A stretch of DNA of 64,000 nucleotides, from NCBI RefSeq assembly GCF_009914755.1, contig NC_060948.1, one strand, 5' to 3'. Shown piece by piece: positions 13,501 to 28,242 of this stretch. The notes under the pieces were generated by a model, which saw only the letters and a program-made list of their open reading frames with translations, had not been told where the DNA came from and did no database searches. How positions within the stretch are numbered: the first letter of the stretch is position 1; each line of letters begins with the position of its first letter. Made by a program: the position numbers and the translations under genes. This DNA is from the human T2T-CHM13v2.0 reference genome, Homo sapiens.

Positions 13501-14126
13501 TGGAATGGAAAGGATTCGAATGGAATGCAATCGAATGGAATGGAATCGAACGGAATGGAATAAAATGGAAGAAAACTGGCAAGAAATGGAATCGAAATGA
13601 ATGGAGTGTTATGGAACGGACTCCAAAGGAATTGAATGTAATAGAATGGAGTGGAGTGGACTCGAATATAATGGACTGGAATGGAATGAAATCACATGGA
13701 ATGGGAACGAATGGAATGGAATGGAAAGGAATGGAATCGAATGGAAAGGAATCGAATGGAAGGGAATGAAATTGAATCAACAGGAATGGAAGGGAATAGA
13801 ATAGACGGTAATGGAATGGACTCGAATAGAATGGACACGAATGCTCAAATTGAATGGACTCGAATGGAATGGAAACGAAAGGAATGTCATCGAATGGAAT
13901 TGAATCGATTGGAATGAAATCGCATAGAATGGAGTGGAATCAAATGGAATTGAATCGAAAGGAAAGGAAGCGAATGGACTGAAATGAAATGGAATGGAAT
14001 TGAATGGAAAGTAAAGCAATGGAATAGAATGGAACGAAATTTCACGGAATGGAATCAAACTGAATGGAATCAAATCAATGGAATATAATCAAATGGAATG
14101 GAAAGGAATTGAATGGAGTAGATGGG
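10593..14126. repeat. DYZ1 unit 4 (3534 bp)
   Basis: Homologous ORF 10637 to 14171. Confidence 0.93.
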
Positions 14127-17100
14127 ATTGGATGGGATTGGAATGAAATGTACTGGAAAGGACTCGAATTTCATGAAACGGAATGGAATGAATTGGAACG
14201 GAATGGACTCGAATGGAATGGAATGTCATGGAATGGCATCAAATGGAATGGCATCAAATGGAATGGAATCGAATGCAATGGAATGCTATGGAATGGAATG
14301 GAATGCATTGGAATGGAATGTCCTCTAATGGAATGGATTCGAGTGGAATGGAATCGAATATAATGGAGTCGAATGAAATGGAATTGAAAGGAATGGGATC
14401 GAATACAATGGAATATACTGGAATGTAATGTAATGATCTCGAATGTAATTGACTGGAATGGAATGTACATGAATGGAATGTAATCGAATGGAAAGTAATC
14501 CAATGGAATAGAATCTAATGCAATAAAATCGACTCAGATAGAGTAGAATGTAATGGAATGGAGTGTAGTGCAATGGAATGGAATGGAATGGAATGCAATG
14601 GAATGGAATGGAATGGGATGGAATGGTATGGAATGGATAGTAATGGACTGGAGTGAAATGGACTGGAAAGGAATGAACTCAAATTGAAAGGGCTCGAAAG
14701 GAATGGAGTCAAATGGAATGGTCTGGAATGGAATGAACACGAATGTAATGCAATCCAATGGAATGGAATCGAATGGCATGGAATATAAAGAAATGGAATC
14801 GAAGAGAATGGAAACAAACGGAATGGAATTGAATGGAATGGAATTGAATGGAATGGGAACGAATGGAGTGAAATTGTATGCAGTAGAAGAGAATAGAATG
14901 GAATGCAAGCGATAGGAAAGGAATGGATTGGAATGGAATGGAATTCATTGGAATGGAAGGGAATGTAGTGTAATGGACAAGCCTGGAATAAAGTGGAATG
15001 CTACGGTCTCGAATGGAATAAAAATGTATGGAATGGAATGCAATGAAACGGAATCGAATGTCATAGAATGTAATGGAATGCAAAAATATGGACTCCAAAA
15101 TCATTGACTGGAAAGGCTGGGTGTCGAAATGAATTGACTCCAATGGAATGGAATCGAATGGAATGGAAGTGAATAGAATCGAACTAAATCGAATGGAATG
15201 GAATTGATAGGAACGGAATGGAAAGGAATGAAATGATTTGGCATGGAATGGAATCGAATGGCATCGAATGGAATGGAATGGAATGCAATGCAATGGAATG
15301 TATTAGAATGTAATGAACTTTAATGGAATGTACTCGAATGGATTCGACTGGAATGGAATGTTCTGGAAGTGAATGGACTCCAATGGAATGGATTGAAAAG
15401 GAATGGAATCGTACGGAATGGAATTAAATGGAAATGAATCAAATTGAATAACACGGAATTGAATTGAATGGAATCGAATGCAATGGAATCTAATGAAACG
15501 GAAAGGAAAGGAATGGAATGGAATGGAATGGGCTGGAATGGAAAGGAATCGAAACGAATGGAATGGAATCGAACTGAAGAGACTGGAATGGAATGCACTG
15601 GAATGGAAGGGAGTGTAATGGAAGGTTCTCGAAAAAAATGGAATCGAATGGAATGGAATTGAATGGAACGGAATAGAGTCGAATGGAATTGAATGGAATG
15701 GAATGGAGTAGAGTGAAATGGAATCGAACCACAAGGAATGGACAGGAATAGAATGGTCTCGAATTGAATGGAATCGTATGGAATGGCATCAAACGGAATG
15801 GAATGGACAGCCACGGAATGGAATGCACTCGAATGCAATGGAGTCGAACCTAATGGACTGGAATAGAATGGACTCGACTGGTACGGACTCCAATGGAATG
15901 GAATCGAATGGAAGGGAATCGAACGGAATGGACTCGAAGGGAAAAGACTGCAATGGAAAGGTCTCGAATGGAATGGAAATTAATGGAATGGAATGGAATC
16001 GAATGAAATGGAGTCAAAAGGAATGGAATCGAATGGCAAGAAATCGAATGTAATGGAATCGCAAGGAATTGATGTGAACGGAACGGAATGGAATGGAATC
16101 CAAAGAAATGGAATAGAATGGAATGGAATCGAATGGAAAGAACTCGAATGGAAATCACTCGAATAGAATGCAATTTAATAAAATAGGATGAAATGCAATT
16201 GAATGGAATGGAAAGGAATCGAAACGAAAGGAATGGAGACAGATGGAATGGAATGGAACAGAGAGCAATGGTATAGAATGGAATGGAATCATCTGGAATG
16301 GAATTGAATGGAATGGAATAATATGAAATGGAATGGAATGGAATGGAATGCCCTTGAATTAAATGGACTGGAATGGAATGGACTCGAACAGAGTGGAATG
16401 GAATGTGTTGAGATAGAATGGAATAGACTCCTTTGGAATGGTCTAATATGCAATGCAATCAACTGGCAGGGAATCAAAAGGAATGTAATCGAATGGATTG
16501 GACTGGAATGCAATGGACTCGAATAGATTGGAAACGGAATGCAAAGGAATGGAATGGAATAGTATGGAATGGAATGGAAAGGAATGGAGTGGAATAGACT
16601 AGAGTGGAATGGAATGGACTCGAAAGCAATGGACTGGAATGGAACTTTCTTGAATGGACTGGAATCAAACGGAATGGAATGCAATGCAATCAAATGGCAT
16701 GGAATAAAATAGAATGAAAGAGAATCAAATGGAATTGAATCGAATGCAATCGAATGGATTGGAAAGGAATAGAATGGAATGGAATGGAATTGACTCAAAT
16801 GGAATGGACTAGAATGGAATGGATTCGAATGGAAGGCAAAGGAATGGAATCTATTGGAATGGACAGCAATGGAATGGAAAGGAAGGGATTGGAATGGACT
16901 CGAATGGAATGGACTGCAATAGAAAGGATTCGAATGGAATGAAAAAGAATTGAATGGAATAGAACAGAATGGAATCAAATCGAATGAAATGGAATGGAAT
17001 AGAAAGGAATGGAATGAAATGGAATGGAAAGGATTCGAATGGAATGCAATCGAAGGGAATGGAATCGAACGGAATGGAATAAAATGGAAGAAAACTGGCA

Positions 17101-17645
17101 AGAAATGGAATCGAAATGAATGGAGTGTTATGGAACGGACTCCAAAGGAATTGAATGTAATAGAATGGAGTGGAGTGGACTCGAATATAATGGACTGGAA
17201 TGGAATGAAATCACATGGAATGGGAACGAATGGAATGGAATGGAAAGGAATGGAATCGAATGGAAAGGAATCGAATGGAAGGGAATGAAATTGAATCAAC
17301 AGGAATGGAAGGGAATAGAATAGACGGTAATGGAATGGACTCGAATAGAATGGACACGAATGCTCAAATTGAATGGACTCGAATGGAATGGAAACGAAAG
17401 GAATGTCATCGAATGGAATTGAATCGATTGGAATGAAATGGCATAGAATGGAGTGGAATCAAATGGAATTGAATCGAAAGGAAAGGAAGCGAATGGACTG
17501 AAATGAAATGGAATGGAATTGAATGGAAAGTAAAGCAATGGAATAGAATGGAACGAAATTTCACGGAATGGAATCAAACTGAATGGAATCAAATCAATGG
17601 AATATAATCAAATGGAATGGAAAGGAATTGAATGGAGTAGATGGG
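14127..17645. repeat. DYZ1 unit 5 (3519 bp)
   Basis: Homologous ORF 14171 to 17690; 15-bp deletion near 15423; HaeIII site lost. Confidence 0.93.
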
Positions 17646-20600
17646 ATTGGATGGGATTGGAATGAAATGTACTGGAAAGGACTCGAAGTTCATGAAACGG
17701 AATGGAATGAATTGGAACGGAATGGACTCGAATGAAATGGAATGTCATGGAATGGCATCAAATGGAATGGCATCAAATGGAATGGAATCGAATGCAATGG
17801 AATGCTATGGAATGGAATGGAATGCATTGGAATGGAATGTCCTCTAATGGAATGGATTCGAGTGGAATGGAATCGAATATAATGGAGTCGAATGAAATGG
17901 AATTGAAAGGAATGGGATCGAATACAATGGAATATACTGGAATGTAATGTAATGATCTCGAATGTAATTGACTGGAATGGAATGTACATGAATGGAATGT
18001 AATCGAATGGAAAGTAATCCAATGGAATAGAATCTAATGCAATAAAATCGACTCAGATAGAGTAGAATGTAATGGAATGGAGTGCAGTGCAATGGAATGG
18101 AATGGAATGGAATGCAATGGAATGGAATGGAATGGGATGGAATGGTATGGAATGGATAGTAATGGACTGGAGTGAAATGGACTGGAAAGGAATGGACTCA
18201 AATTGAAAGGGCTCGAAAGGAATGGAGTCAAATGGAATGGTCTGGAATGGAATGAACACGAATGTAATGCAATCCAATAGAATGGAATCGAATGGCATGG
18301 AATATAAAGAAATGGAATCGAAGAGAATGGAAACAAACGGAATGGAATTGAATGGAATGGAATTGAATGGAATGGGAACGAATGGAGTGAAATTGTATGC
18401 AGTAGAAGAGAATAGAATGGAATGCAAGCGAAAGGAAAGGAATGGATTGGAATGGAATGGAATTCATTGGAATGGAAGGGAATGTAGTGTAATGGACAGG
18501 CCTGGAATAAAGTGGAATGCTACGGTCTCGAATGGAATAAAAATGTATGGAATGGAATGCAATGAAACGGAATCGAATGTCATAGAATGTAATGGAATGC
18601 AAAAAAATGGACTCCAAAATCATTGACTGGAAAGGCTGGGTGTCGAAAGGAATTGACTCCAATGGAATGGAATCGAATGGAATGGAAGTGAATAGAATTG
18701 AAGTAAAACGAATGGAATGGAATTGATAGGAACGGAATGGAAAGGAATGAAATGATTTGGCATGGAATGGAATCGAATGGCATCGAATGGAATGGAATGG
18801 AATGCAATGCAATGGAATGTATTAGAATGTAATGAACTTTAATGGAATGTACTCGAATGGATTCGACTGGAATGGAATGTTCTGGAAGTGAATGGACTCC
18901 AATGGAATGGATTGAAAAGGAATGGAATCGTACGGAATGGAATCTAATGGAATGGAATTAAATGGAAATGAATGAAATTGAATAGCACGGAATTGAATTG
19001 AATGGAATCGAATGCAATGGAATCTAATGAAACGGAAAGGAAAGGAATGGAATGGAATGGAATGGGCTGGAATGGAAAGGAATCGAAACGAATGGAATGG
19101 AATCGAACTGAAGAGACTGGAATGGAATGCAGTGGAATGGAAGGGAGTGTAATGGAAGGTTCTCGAAAAAAATGGAATCGAATGGAATGGAATTGAATGG
19201 AACGGAATAGAGTCGAATGGAATTGAATGGAATGGAATGGAGTAGAGAGAAATGGAATCGAACCACAAGGAATGGACAGGAATAGAATGGTCTCGAATTG
19301 AATGGAATCGTATGGAATGGCATCAAACGGAATGGAATGGACAGCCACGGAATGGAATGCACTCGAATACAATGGAGTCGAAACTAATGGACTGGAATAG
19401 AATGGACTCGACTGGTACGGACTCCAATGGAATGGAATCGAATGGAAGGGAATCGAACGGAATGGACTCGAAGGGAAAGGACTGCAATGGAAAGGTCTCG
19501 AATGGAATGGAAATTAATGGAATGGAATGGAATCGAATGAAATGGAGTCAAAAGGAATGGAATCGAATGGCAAGAAATCGAATGTAATGGAATCGCAAGG
19601 AATTGATGTGAACGGAACGGAATGGAATGGAATCCAAAGAAATGGAATAGAATGGAATGGAATCGAATGGAAAGAACTCGAATGGAAATCACTCGAATAG
19701 AATGCAATTTAATAAAATAGGATCAAATGTAATGGAATGGAATGGAAAGGAATCGAAACGAAAGGAATGGAGACAGATGGAATGGAATGGAACAGAGAGC
19801 AATGGTATAGAATGGAATGGAATCATCTGGAATGGAATTGAATGGAATGGAATAATATGAAATGGAATGGAATGGAATGGAATGCCCTTGAATTAAATGG
19901 ACTGGAATGGAATGGACTCGAACAGAGTGGAATGGAAAGTGTTGAGATAGAATGGAATGGACTCCTTTGGAATGGTCTAGTATGCAATGCAATCGACTGG
20001 CAGGGAATCAAAAGGAATGTAATCGAATGGATTGGACTGGAATGCAATGGACTCGAATAGATTGGAAACGGAATGCAAAGGAATGGAATGGAATAGTATG
20101 GAATGGAATGGAAAGGAATGGAGTGGAATAGACTAGAGTGGAATGGAATGGACTCGAAAGCAATGGACTGGAATGGAACTTTCTTGAATGGACTGGAATC
20201 AAACGGAATGGAATGCAATGCAATCAAATGGCATGGAATAAAATAGAATGAAAGAGAATCAAATGGAATTGAATCGAATGCAATCGAATGGATTGGAAAG
20301 GAATAGAATGGAATGGAATGGAATTGACTCAAATGGAATGGACTAGAATGGAATGGATTCGAATGGAAGGCAAAGGAATGGAATCTATTGGAATGGACAG
20401 CAATGGAATGGAAAGGAAGGGATTGGAATGGACTCGAATGGAATGGACTGCAATAGAAAGGATTCGAATGGAATGAAAAAGAATTGAATGGAATAGAACA
20501 GAATGGAATCAAATCGAATGAAATGGAATGGAATAGAAAGGAATGGAATGAAATGGAATGGAAAGGATTCGAATGGAATGCAATCGAATGGAATGGAATC

Positions 20601-21179
20601 GAACGGAATGGAATAAAATGGAAGAAAACTGGCAAGAAATGGAATCGAAATGAATGGAGTGTTATGGAACGGACTCCAAAGGAATTGAATGTAATAGAAT
20701 GGAGTGGAGTGGACTCGAATATAATGGACTGGAATGGAATGAAATCACATGGAATGGGAACGAATGGAATGGAATGGAAAGGAATGGAATCGAATGGAAA
20801 GGAATCGAATGGAAGGGAATGAAATTGAATCAACAGGAATGGAAGGGAATAGAATAGACGGTAATGGAATGGACTCGAATAGAATGGACACGAATGCTCA
20901 AATTGAATGGACTCGAATGGAATGGAAACGAAAGGAATGTCATCGAATGGAATTGAATCGATTGGAATGAAATCGCATAGAATGGAGTGGAATCAAATGG
21001 AATTGAATCGAAAGGAAAGGAAGCGAATGGACTGAAATGAAATGGAATGGAATTGAATGGAAAGTAAAGCAATGGAATAGAATGGAACGAAATTTCACGG
21101 AATGGAATCAAACTGAATGGAATCAAATCAATGGAATATAATCAAATGGAATGGAAAGGAATTGAATGGAGTAGATGGG
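17646..21179. repeat. DYZ1 unit 6 (3534 bp; near-identical to unit 4)
   Basis: Homologous ORF 17690 to 21224; ORF translations match unit 4 at offset 7053. Confidence 0.93.
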
Positions 21180-24100
21180 ATTGGATGGGATTGGAATGAA
21201 ATGTACTGGAAAGGACTCGAATTTCATGAAACGGAATGGAATGAATTGGAACGGAATGGACTCGAATGGAATGGAATGTCATGGAATGGCATCAAATGGA
21301 ATGGCATCAAATGGAATGGAATCGAATGCAATGGAATGCTATGGAATGGAATGGAATGCATTGGAATGGAATGTCCTCTAATGGAATGGATTCGAGTGGA
21401 ATGGAATCGAATATAATGGAGTCGAATGAAATGGAATTGAAAGGAATGGGATCGAATACAATGGAATATACTGGAATGTAATGTAATGATCTCGAATGTA
21501 ATTGACTGGAATGGAATGTACATGAATGGAATGTAATCGAATGGAAAGTAATCCAATGGAATAGAATCTAATGCAATAAAATCGACTCAGATAGAGTAGA
21601 ATGTAATGGAATGGAGTGTAGTGCAATGGAATGGAATGGAATGGAATGCAATGGAATGGAATGGAATGGGATGGAATGGTATGGAATGGATAGTAATGGA
21701 CTGGAGTGAAATGGACTGGAAAGGAATGAACTCAAATTGAAAGGGCTCGAAAGGAATGGAGTCAAATGGAATGGTCTGGAATGGAATGAACACGAATGTA
21801 ATGCAATCCAATGGAATGGAATCGAATGGCATGGAATATAAAGAAATGGAATCGAAGAGAATGGAAACAAACGGAATGGAATTGAATGGAATGGAATTGA
21901 ATGGAATGGGAACGAATGGAGTGAAATTGTATGCAGTAGAAGAGAATAGAATGGAATGCAAGCGATAGGAAAGGAATGGATTGGAATGGAATGGAATTCA
22001 TTGGAATGGAAGGGAATCTAGTGTAATGGACAAGCCTGGAATAAAGTGGAATGCTACGGTCTCGAATGGAATAAAAATGTATGGAATGGAATGCAATGAA
22101 ACGGAATCGAATGTCATAGAATGTAATGGAATGCAAAAATATGGACTCCAAAATCATTGACTGGAAAGGCTGGGTGTCGAAATGAATTGACTCCAATGGA
22201 ATGGAATCGAATGGAATGGAAGTGAATAGAATCGAACTAAATCGAATGGAATGGAATTGATAGGAACGGAATGGAAAGGAATGAAATGATTTGGCATGGA
22301 ATGGAATCGAATGGCATCGAATGGAATGGAATGGAATGCAATGCAATGGAATGTATTAGAATGTAATGAACTTTAATGGAATGTACTCGAATGGATTCGA
22401 CTGGAATGGAATGTTCTGGAAGTGAATGGACTCCAATGGAATGGATTGAAAAGGAATGGAATCGTACGGAATGGAATTAAATGGAAATGAATCAAATTGA
22501 ATAGCACGGAATTGAATTGAATGGAATCGAATGCAATGGAATCTAAAGAAACGCAAAGGAATGGAATGGAATGGAATGGAATGGGCTGGAATGGAAAGCA
22601 ATCGTAACGAATGGAATGGAATCGAACTGAAGAGACTGGAATGGAATGCACTGGAATGGAAGGGAGTGTAATGGAAGGTTCTCGAAAAAAATGGAATCGA
22701 ATGGAATGGAATTGAATGGAACGGAATAGAGTCGAATGGAATTGAATGGAATGGAATGGACTAGAGTGAAATGGAATCGAACCACAAGGAATGGACAGGA
22801 ATAGAATGGTCTCGAATTGAACGGAATCGTATGGAATGGCATCAAACGGAATGGAATGGACAGCCACGGAATGGAATGCACTCGAATGCAATGGAGTCGA
22901 AACTAATGGACTGGAATAGAATGGACTCGACTGGTACGGACTCCAATGGAATGGAATCGAATGGAAGGGAATCGAACGGAACGGACTCGAAGGGAAAAGA
23001 CTGCAATGGAAAGGTCTCGAATGGAATGGAAATTAATGGAATGGAATGGAATCGAATGAAATGGAGTCAAAAGGAATGGAATCCAATGGCAAGAAATCGA
23101 ATGTAATGGAATCGTAAGGAATGGATGTGAACGGAACGGAATGGAATGGAATCCAAAGGAATGGAATAGAATGGAATGGAATCGAATGGAAAGGACTCGA
23201 ATGGAAATCACTCGAATAGAATGCAATTTAATAAAATAGGATGAAATGTAATGGAATGGAATGGAAAGGAATCGAAACGAAAGGAATGGAGACAGATGGA
23301 ATGGAATGGAACAGAGAGCAATGGTATAGAATGGAATGGAATCATCTGGAATGGAATTGAATGGAATGGAATAATATGAAATGGAATGGAATGGAATGGA
23401 ATGCCCTTGAATTAAATGGACTGGAATGGAATGGACTCGAACAGAGTGGAATGGAAAGTGTTGAGATAGAATGGAATGGACTCGTTTGGAATGGTCTAGT
23501 ATGCAATGCAATCGACTGGCAGGGAATCAAAAGGAATGTAATCGAATGGATTGGACTGGAATGCAATGGACTCGAATAGATTGGAAACGGAATGCAAAGG
23601 AATGGAATGGAATAGTATGGAATGGAATGGAAAGGAAAGGAGTGGAATAGACTAGAGTGGAATGGAATGGACTCGAAAGCAATGGACTGGAATGGAACTT
23701 TCTTGAATGGACTGGAATCAAACGGAATGGAATGCAATGCAATCAAATGGCATGGAATAAAATAGAATGAAAGAGAATCAAATGGAATTGAATCGAATGG
23801 AATCGAATGGATTGGAAAGGAATAGAATGGAATGGAATGGAATTGACTCAAATGGAATGGACTAGAATGGAATGGATTCGAATGGAAGGCAAATGAATGG
23901 AATCTATTGGAATGGACTGCAATGGAATGGAATGGAAGGGATTGGAATGGACTCGAATGGAATGGACTGCAATAGAAAGGATTCGAAAGGAATGAAAAAG
24001 AATTGAATGGAATAGAACAGAATGGAATCAAATCGAATGAAATTGAATGGAATAGAAAGGAATGGAATGAAGTGGAATGGAAAGGATTCGAATGGAATGC

Positions 24101-24698
24101 AAACGAATGGAATGGAATCGAACGGAATGGAATAAAATGGAAGCAAACTGGCAAGAAATGGAATCGAAATGAATGGAGTGTTATGGAACGGACTCCAAAG
24201 GAATTGAATGTAATAGAATGGAGTGGAGTGGACTCGAATATAATGGACTGGAATGGAATGAAATCACATGGAATGGGAACGAATGGAATGGAATGGAAAG
24301 GAATGGAATCGAATGGAAAGGAATCGAATGGAAGGGAATGAAATTGAATCAACGGGAATGGAAGGGAATAGAATAGACGGTAATGGAATGGACTCGAATA
24401 GAATGGACACGAATGCTCAAATTGAATGGACTCGAATGGAATGGAAACGAAAGGAATGTCATCGAATGGAATTGAATCGATTGGAATGAAATCGCATAGA
24501 ATGGAGTGGAATCAAATGGAATTGAATCGAAAGGAAAGGAAGCGAATGGACTGAAATGAAATGGAATGGAATTGAATGGAAATTAATGCAATGGAATAGA
24601 ATGGAACGAAATTTCACGGAATGGAATCAAACTGAATGGAATCAAATCAATGGAATATAATCAACTGGAATGGAAAGGAATTGAATGGAGTAGATGGG
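21180..24698. repeat. DYZ1 unit 7 (3519 bp; mosaic unit)
   Basis: Homologous ORF 21224 to 24743; the first third resembles unit 5 and the last half resembles unit 9. Confidence 0.92.
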
Positions 24699-27600
24699 AT
24701 TGGATGGGATTGGAATGAAATGTACTGGAAAGGACTCGAATTTCATGAAACGGAATGGAATGAATTGGAACGGAATGGACTCGAATGGAATGGAATGTCA
24801 TGGAATGGCATCAAATGGAATGGCATCAAATGGAATGGAATCGAATGCAATGGAATGCTATGGAATGGAATGGAATGCATTGGAATGGAATGTCCTCTAA
24901 TGGAATGGATTCGAGTGGAATGGATTCGAATATAATGGAGTCGAATGAAATGGAATTGAAAGGAATGGGATCGAATACAATGGAATATACTGGAATGTAA
25001 TGTAATGAACTCGAATGTAATTGACTGGAATGGAATGTACATGAATGGAATGTAATCGAATGGAAAGTAATCCAATGGAATAGAATCTAATGCTATAAAA
25101 TCGACTCAGATAGAGTAGAATGTAATGGAATGGAGTGCAGTGCAATGGAATGGAATGGAATGGAATACAATGGAATGGAATGGAATGGAATGGAATGGGA
25201 TGGAATGGTATGGAATGGATAGTAATGGACTGGAGTGAAATGGACTGGAAAGGAATGGACTCAAATTGAAAGGGCTCGAAAGGAATGGAGTCAAATGGAA
25301 TGGTCTGGAATGGAATGAACACGAATGTAATGCAATCCAATAGAATGGAATCGAATGGCATGGAATATAAAGAAATGGAATCAAAGAGAATGGAAACAAA
25401 CGGAATGGAATTGAATGGAATGGAATTGAATGGAATGGGAACGAATGGAGTGAAATTGTATGCAGTAGAAGAGAATAGAATGGAATGCAAGCGAAAGGAA
25501 AGGAATGGATTGGAATGGAATGGAATTCATTGGAATGGAAGGGAATGTAGTGTAATGGACAGGCCTGGAATAAAGTGGAATGCTACGGTCTCGAATGGAA
25601 TAAAAATGTATGGAATGGAATGCAATGAAACGGAATCGAATGTCATAGAATGTAATGGAATGCAAAAAAATGGACTCCAAAATCATTGACTGGAAAGGCT
25701 GGGTGTCGAAAGGAATTGACTCCAATGGAATGGAATCGAATGGAATGGAAGTGAATAGAATCGAACTAAATCGAATGGAATGGAATTGATAGGAACGGAA
25801 TGGAAAGGAATGCAATGAATTGGCATGGAATGGAATCGAATGGCATCGAATGGAATGGAATGGAATGCAATGCAATGGAATGTATTAGAATGTAATGAAC
25901 TTTAATGGAATGTACTCGAATGGATTCGACTGGAATGGAATGTTCTGGAAGTGAATGGACTCCAATGGAATGAATTCAAAAGGAATGGAATCGTATGGAA
26001 TGGAATCTAATGGAATGGAATTAAATGGAAATGAATCAAATTGAATAACACAGAATTGAATTGAATGGAATCGAATGCAATGGAATCTAATGAAACGGAA
26101 AGGAATGGAATGGAATGGAATGGAATGGGCTGGAATGGAAAGGAATCGAAACGAATGGAATGGAATCGAACTGAAGAGACTGGAATGGAATGCACTGTAA
26201 TGGAAGGGAGTGTAATGGAAGGTTCTCGACAAAAATGGAATCGAATGGAATGGAATTGAATGGAACGGAATAGAGTCGAATGGAATTGAATGGAATGGAA
26301 TGGACTAGAGTGAAATGGAATCGAACCACAAGGAATGGACAGGAATAGAATGGTCTCGAATTGAATGGAATCGTATGGAATGGCATCAAACGGAATGGAA
26401 TGGGCAGCCACGGAATGGAATGCACTCGAATGCAATGGAGTCGAAACTAATGGACTGGAATAGCATGGACTCGACTGGTACGGACTCCAATGGAATGGAA
26501 TCGAATGGAAGGGAATCGAACGGAATGGACTCGAAGGGAAAAGACTGCAATGGAAAGGTCTCGAATGGAATGGAAATTAATGGAATGGAATGGAATCGAA
26601 TGAAATGGAGTCAAAAGGAATGGAATCGAATGGCAAGAAATCGAATGTAATGGAATCGCAAGGAATTGATGTGAACGGAACGGAATGGAATGGAATCCAA
26701 AGGAATGGAATAGAATGGAATGGAATCGAATGGCAAGGACTGGAATGGAAATCACTCGAATAGAATGCAATTTAATAAAATAGGATGAAATGTAATGGAA
26801 TGGAATGGAAAGGAATCGAAACGAAAGGAATGGAGACAGATGGAATGGAATGGAACAGAGAGCAATGGTATAGAATGGAATGGAATCATCTGGAATGGAA
26901 TTGAATGGAATGGAATAATATGAAATGGAATGGAATGGAATGGAATGCCCTTGAATTAAATGGACTGGAATGGAATGGACTCGAACAGAGTGGAATGGAA
27001 AGTGTTGAGATAGAATGGAATGGACTCGTTTGGAATGGTCTAGTATGCAATGCAATCGACTGACAGGGAACCAAAAGGAATGTAATCGAATGGATTGGAC
27101 TGGAATGCAATGGACTCGAATAGATTGGAAACGGAATGCAAAGGAATGGAATGGAATAGTATGGAATGGAATGGAAAGGAATGGAGTGGAATAGACTAGA
27201 GTGGAATGGAATGGACTCGAAAGCAATGGACTGGAATGGAACTTTCTTGAATGGACTGGAATCAAACGGAATGGAATGCAATGCAATCAAATGGCATGGA
27301 ATAAAATAGAATGAAAGAGAATCAAATGGAATTGAATCGAATGGAATCGAATGGATTGGAAAGGAATAGAATGGAATGGAATGGAATTGACTCAAATGGA
27401 ATGGACTAGAATGGAATGGATTCGAATGGAAGGCAAAGGAATGGAATCTATTGGAATGGACTGCAATGGAATGGAATGGAAGGGATTGGAATGGACTCGA
27501 ATGGAATGGACTGCAATAGAAAGGATTCGAATGGAATGAAAAAGAATTGAATGGAATAGAACAGAATGGAATCAAATCGAATGAAATGGAATGGAATAGA

Positions 27601-28242
27601 AAGGAATGGAATGAAATGGAATGGAAAGGATTCGAATGGAATGCAATCGAATGGAATGGAATCGAACGGAATGGAATAAAATGGAAGAAAACTGGTAAGA
27701 AATGGAATCGAAATGAATGGAGTGTTATGGAACGGACTTCAAAGGAATTGAATGTAATAGAATGGAGTGGAGTGGACTCGAATATAATGGACTGGAATGG
27801 AATGAAATCACATGGAATGGGAACGAATGGAATGGAATGGAAAGGAATGGAATCGAATGGAAAGGAATCGAATGGAAGGGAATGAAATTGAATCAACAGG
27901 AATGGAAGGGAATAGAATAGACGGTAATGGAATGGACTCGAATAGAATGGACACGAATGCTCAAATTGAATGGACTCGAATGGAATGGAAACGAAAGGAA
28001 TGTCATCGAATGGAATTGAATCGATTGGAATGAAATCGCATAGAATGGAGTGGAATCAAATGGAATTGAATCGAAAGGAAAGGAAGCGAATGGACTGAAA
28101 TGAAATGGAATGGAATTGAATGGAAAGTAAAGCAATGGAATAGAATGGAACGAAATTTCACGGAATGGAATCAAACTGAATGGAATCAAATCAATGGAAT
28201 ATAATCAAATGGAATGGAAAGGAATTGAATGGAGTAGATGGG
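24699..28242. repeat. DYZ1 unit 8 (3544 bp)
   Basis: Homologous ORF 24743 to 28287; extra EcoRI site at 25972. Confidence 0.93.

Larger units (their letters stand above)
8240..22500. repeat. Two-unit tandem duplication, period 7053 bp
   Basis: Near-identical ORF translations and shared rare variants at offset 7053 (e.g. 8250/15303, 11527/18580, 14703/21756). Confidence 0.88.
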
